Assembly (NCBI GenBank): GCA_964187785.1
Contig: OZ076409.1
Coordinates: 21,764,001-21,828,000, forward strand
DNA: 64,000 nt
Direction of reading: 5' to 3'
DNA from: Amphiscolops sp. MND2022
Lineage: Eukaryota
Shown: one piece after another, positions 59,046 through 64,000 of the stretch
Layout of the letters: every line of letters starts with the position of its first letter
How positions within the stretch are numbered: position 1 is the first letter of the stretch
The notes under the pieces: model-generated
The model's input: only the letters and a program-made list of their open reading frames with translations
What the model was told of the DNA's origin: nothing
Database searches by the model: none
Made by a program: the position numbers and the translations under genes

Positions 59046-59730
59046 TATCAGATATCATGGATCTTCGTCATCAATCAAATGCCATGTGTATCATCATGAT
59101 TGAGGGAGAAGGCACTCACCCGTGGTCTGCAACAAACGTAGGGAGCCCCACACTAGCCACTATTCCAGTACACCATTAACAAAAATAACAACTAACAAAC
59201 TACTCATACCAGCCACTATCCCAATCGACTGGTAGAAATTATTAAAGCTTCAATGCTATTGAGGTTTCAAAAAAACTACATGTAATTAATTTCTTCGAAC
59301 GCAACTCTGTCGCTCACAGTTCCTAGAACACAGGCCGCATTGCCGATCTGAAGTGCCATTGAAATCTGCTGCTTCAATGAGCTGCCAGCTCGTTGATCGT
59401 CGTGCGAACGACGGAGCATTTCACAGAGACGCGTGATGAAAAGTTCACTGCTCTCGCCTAAAGAACCCTGTACTTCCAAGGCCACTGACTGAAAAATGTA
59501 TCCATTGTCTAATAATTCGCGATACTTCTCAATTTTACGCGCTTCAGCTGGTGGCGGTGGTTCCCGGGTGCATAAAGAGCCTTGATTCAGGCGACTGTGT
59601 GCAAGAGCATCCGCAACCGTGACATCCCACTCCAGCTGTTTACCCATTTCCCAAGGAATCGTGGTAGCACCGTCTGGGCGTTTGCCATCGGTTCGGTACA
59701 GTCCACGCGGTTCGAGCATTGAAGGCAAGG
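59046..59730 (-). mobile_element. 3' end of CRE-like retrotransposon (restriction-like endonuclease domain plus 3' tail)
   Basis: LEPRGLYRTDGKRPDG...WDVTVAD...KIEKYREL...ALEVQG...ISMALQIGNA. Confidence 0.88.
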
Positions 59731-60249
59731 AGCAAAAACGAAACAACTCGATCTCAAAATTTTTTGTCCATTTTCATCCACACAAAAATTCGATCTCAAA
59801 AGACCCCACCTCATTTGGGAATCAAAAGCGTTTGGGTTGAAAGAAACTCATCTGGTTGATCGAGAATTTTTTCAGACGTTTTCGAATAATGGGGTTTAAT
59901 GCTTTGAAGATGTTGTATAAACAGCCTGCACCCACTAAGGAGACCATGCATCACTGAGAAGATTTAGCATAATTGTTGTGATGGACTTGTTGAATAGCTT
60001 CAGTGATGGCAATGATTTGAATTTTAGACAACTGGGCAACATCTCTGACGCTGTTTTGTTGGTTTGCGCTGCACTTGGGCAGAAAAAACCATCACAACCC
60101 TGTGAGATAATTCCATTTTTATTTCATTTTAACAATTCAAGGTTTTGTTCTATATACGGATTGCTTCACTGTTGTGATTGTATTTTTTGGGAGATTGGCA
60201 CACACCCAAATGTGGTATTCCTGCAATTGGTTAGGTTTCGAGGTTGGGT

Positions 60250-63200
60250 TGTGATGAAAAACAACGAAACCTGCAACGCTCCGAAACGTCTGAAGCCCTC
60301 AGGGTTGATAGACTGGATAAATTGTAGGCTTTGCAACGGATGGGTTCACATAAAATGCGCCAATTTATCAAAAACTGAAGCCCGGAGTCTTGCTGAATTT
60401 AAATGTAGAAGGTGCTCTTTAGTGAACACAATCCCTCAGTGTCAGGATGATAACTTTAGACCAGACACCCTTTTTAATTCAGGCGTTGTTCACTTGAAAA
60501 GAGTTCCTAAAATTTCACGGATCCCCCTAGCTGAAAACTTCATACGCAAAATTAATGATTATTGTGAATCCCCGTCAAATTTTGCCTTGTGGTGCTTACT
60601 GCTATCATCTCTAAGCTATATTTTGGAAAAACCATCTCGAGGGAGTAAACGTCAGCGGTCATCACTTAGTGCATTTATCAACAAGCGAGTTCGAGATGGT
60701 GTCATTGAGAAAAAACCGAAACGCGACAGAAAACTGCAGCAGAAAAGCGAGTTAGATCGACGACTGCGTTCCATTTGCACTAAATTAAACGAAGGTAGTG
60801 TTAAGGCCGGAATCAGAATGGCAGTAGGCGACGACAAGATTGCAGATTTCACGGTCGACAACTACGCTGCCCTCAAGCTGAAGCATACGCAGAGGGAAAC
60901 TTGCTCAGTTCCGGACCCCACCGATATCGATTGTTTTTCAACCTCGGATATTTTCGTCCACAAGGCTCTCATGTCCTTCCCCAATGGCCCTAGTTCAGGA
61001 ATTGATGGCATTTCGCACCAAATGTTGAAAGGTTTGACTGTCAAGTCGAATGGGCAAACTGGACTGAATTTTCTCAGAGACTTAACAAGTCTTGTTAATG
61101 TGATTCTCGAAGGATAAGTACCTTTCGAACTTCGGCCGTACTTCTTTGGTTCGAAACTAATTGCGCTAAAAGCCCGATGGAGGACTTCGTCCTATCGCTA
61201 TAGGCAATACTTTCCGCCGATTGTCCGAAAAATGTGCCGGATACCATGTCTTCGAATCACGTCAAGCAAGATATGGAAATCGACAAGTAGGTGTAGGCAC
61301 CAAAAGGGGCGCTGAATTGGCCTCACATAATTTCCGTTGTTTGATAGAAAGCCCTCAGACCAAAGAAAACGTAATTTTGAAAATTGACTTTGAAAACGCT
61401 TTCAATTCGATGATCCGGCAGTTCATGCTAGAGAAAGTTTTTGAATTACAACCGGAAGTTTATAAGTATTCACACTCGGCGTACAGTCAACCAAGTTTTC
61501 TTTTTTTTTACGGTGATTCAGTAATCAAATCTTGTGAAGGGACCCAGCAAGGAGATCCTGAGTCTCCAGCTTTGTTTTCGGATTCCATTCAGGATCTGAT
61601 TGACAGTTTGGAGTCGAAAAAAAACATATGGTACCTAGATGATGGAAATTGAAGTGATGATTGCCGAACCGTTTTGAAAGATTTCAAAAAATTGTTGAAG
61701 CTGAAAGAACACTGGGACTCAAAATTAAACCCACGAAATGTGAAATTTTTTTCCTCTGGTGGCATCACTGAAAAACGACGATCGACAATTTTAGCATCTT
61801 TCCGAAAACTTTGCCCCGGGATCAAAAGACAAAAGAAAGATGAACTTATCATTCTTGGTTCACCGCTCGGCCCGAAATCATAAGCAGACTTATTGGAACA
61901 AAAATAATGAACTGGAAAAAGTTAACGGGATTGTTGAAAAACTAGATGCGCACTATGGTTTTTTTATGTTGAAAAATTGCTTCAGTTTGCCAAAGTTGTT
62001 GTACTCCCTGAGAACCAGAACATGTTTTAATCATCAAACTCTCTTGGAGAAATATGACAAAACCGTGCGCGACTGGCTTTCCAAAGTGTGTAACGTGAAC
62101 TTCGACAATATTTCGAGTACTCAGTTGGCTCTGGGGTTTCATCCGCATCAATATTAGCACTTCCCACCTTTTTGGCCTCAGCTTTTGGTGCGAGTGATTT
62201 TCTCACGACGATATCCTCGGAAACTTTCGAAGATGTTTCATTTACAAAAGCGCTTGAGAAATGGTTGAGTTTGACGAATGAACAGGAAAGTCCTCTCGAT
62301 AGGAACCAAGAAAAATTGAACACAACCTGTCTTTGTCAAAACCGCCCCAGATTTGATTTCTAGAATGGATGACATACGTTCGAAAATTTTCAACGCTCAT
62401 CAAGGCAAATTCGGGTCTCAATGGCTGAACCTCGTTCCTTGCAAGAACCTAGGCCTGAAACACGATGATCAGCAACTTCGAATTTCAATTGGTTTGCGTC
62501 TCGGTCCCAACACTTGTGTTACGCATACGTGCCACTGTGGTAAAAGAGTTGAACTGGACGGTTTACACGGTCTTTCTTGCACCAAGAGTGCTGGTCGCTT
62601 TTCACGTCATGCTACTCTCAAATATCTCGTAAAGCAGACGTTGGGATTTCTGGACTTGCCTTAAATGCTCGAACCGCCTGGACTGTACCGAACTGACGGT
62701 GTTACCATGATTCCTTGGGAATTGGGTAAACAACTGGTGTGGGATGTCACGGTTGTAAATGCTCTTGCACCCAGTCGCCTGAATCAAGGCTCTTTATGCA
62801 CCCGGAAACCACCGCCACCGAGGCTGAAGCGCGTAAAATTGAGAAGTATCGCGAATTAATAGACAATGGATACATTTTTCAGCCGGTGGCCTTGGAGGAG
62901 TGTACGCCTTTGATCTAATTGCTTGGGTCTAATGGAATTAGGTCTAACTGTTAGGTCTAACTTTCAATTCTAATTTTATCTAAAAGACTAAGGACTAACC
63001 CCTTTATGATCTAATATGTGTTCTGAAAGCGAAATTAAAATGTGGGGCATATGCGATGTATGCACGCTCGCCCTCACCGTCGCAAAGACCAGCTCCCACT
63101 ACGATCGCTTCGCGATCTCCGTTCCCGCTAGGTCTTTGCTCCTGTTCGACCTCACTTAGCAAGATGGGAATATAGGCGGCCCCAAGGGTCTGCGGGGCAT

Positions 63201-63830
63201 TAGAGGAACTGCGGACATATCCGAGAAACTACGTGGAATCAGGTCTAATGAATAAGATCTAAGAGAGGGGGCAAAACTTTCTCGCCACTTTCTGTTATTT
63301 TTGTTCTCAAATTAAATCAAATTAGAAGAGATTTTTAAACCTGGATATTTAGATCTATTTATTTAGATCTCAGTTTGCCCCCTATCTCAGATCTATTTCA
63401 TTAGACCTGATTCTACGTAGCCGCCTTGGAAGTACAGGGTTCCTTAGACGAAAGCAGTGAAATTTTCATCACGCGTCTCTGTAAAATGCTCTGTCGTTCG
63501 CACGACGATCAACGAGCCGGCAGCTTTTTGAAGCAACTGATTTCAATGGCTCTTCAGATCGGCAATGTGGCCTGTGTTCCAGGAACTGTGAACGACAGAG
63601 ATGCGTTCGAAGAAGTTTATTACATATAGCCTAATTTTTGTGACCTTCATATCATAGCAGCTTTAGAAAAATTTCTACCGGTCGACTGCATAGTGGCTGG
63701 TTTGAGTAGTCTGTTTGATGTTTTTTTTGTTACTGGTTTACCGGTATAGTGGCTGGTATGGGGTCCCCTACTTTCGTTGCAGACCACGGGTGTGTGTCTT
63801 CTCCCCCCAACATGATGAGGGTGGCAGTAA
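60250..63830 (+). mobile_element. Near-complete but frameshifted CRE-clade-like non-LTR retrotransposon: PHD-like finger, RT (YLDD), CCHC, restriction-like endonuclease
   Basis: WINCRLCNGWVHIKC...FKCRRC; PDGGLRPIAIG; LKIDFENAFNS; GTQQGDP; WYLDDG; CHCG...HGLSC; RHA; WDVTV; stop at 63629. Confidence 0.88.
62897..63422. mobile_element. 526-bp non-autonomous DNA element inserted in the endonuclease domain with 8-bp TSD GCCTTGGA
   Basis: TSD at 62889-62896 and 63423-63430; the empty site GTGGCCTTGGAAGTACAGGG is seen in the 59276-59746 copy; many G(G/A)TCTAA subrepeats; inner inverted pair ~63228-63275 and 63372-63420. Confidence 0.88.
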
Positions 63831-64000
63831 ATAGGTCGAATTTTTCTGGTCGAAAGGACAGAGGTTGAACCTTTTGATCGAATTGCGGGGATCGAATGGA
63901 ATGCGGTCGATTTTTATCGTATTTGTTGTATGGCTCGGTCGCTTCGCTCTCTTCGCCAAGTAGGAACATTGAGGCATGGCCATATGGCACGTCGCTCCGC

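Noticed and set aside
59740..60250. Possible host exon or N-terminal extension of ORF 59978-61117
   Set aside because: No recognisable motif or convincing splice pattern; probably fortuitous open frame upstream of the retrotransposon ORF.

Overview
Eukaryotic (probably invertebrate animal) genomic DNA made almost entirely of nested transposable elements. I recognise no host gene, RNA gene or CRISPR array. The main features are two large Ty3/Gypsy LTR retrotransposons on the minus strand. Element A (7322-22971) is young and nearly intact, with 2118-bp LTRs and a CAAAG TSD. Element B (28830-44985) is decayed and belongs to a different family. Between pol and the 3' LTR each carries the same accessory module: a long, intron-containing gene on the antisense strand, and a short acidic sense ORF that reads into the 3' LTR. 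In A the antisense gene splices cleanly (8 exons, 7 GT-AG introns) to about 1055 aa. It has a BED-like zinc finger and a body that looks like a degenerate hAT transposase, and several intron positions are shared with the divergent copy in B. In both elements gag starts deep inside the LTR, and no polypurine tract is visible. Element A and a solo LTR sit inside a decayed MULE/Mutator transposon. The rest is degraded APE-type LINEs, several CRE-like restriction-endonuclease LINE copies, a decayed Polinton/Maverick segment, MITE-like insertions and one 200-N gap. All family assignments come from motif recognition by eye, not from database searches.
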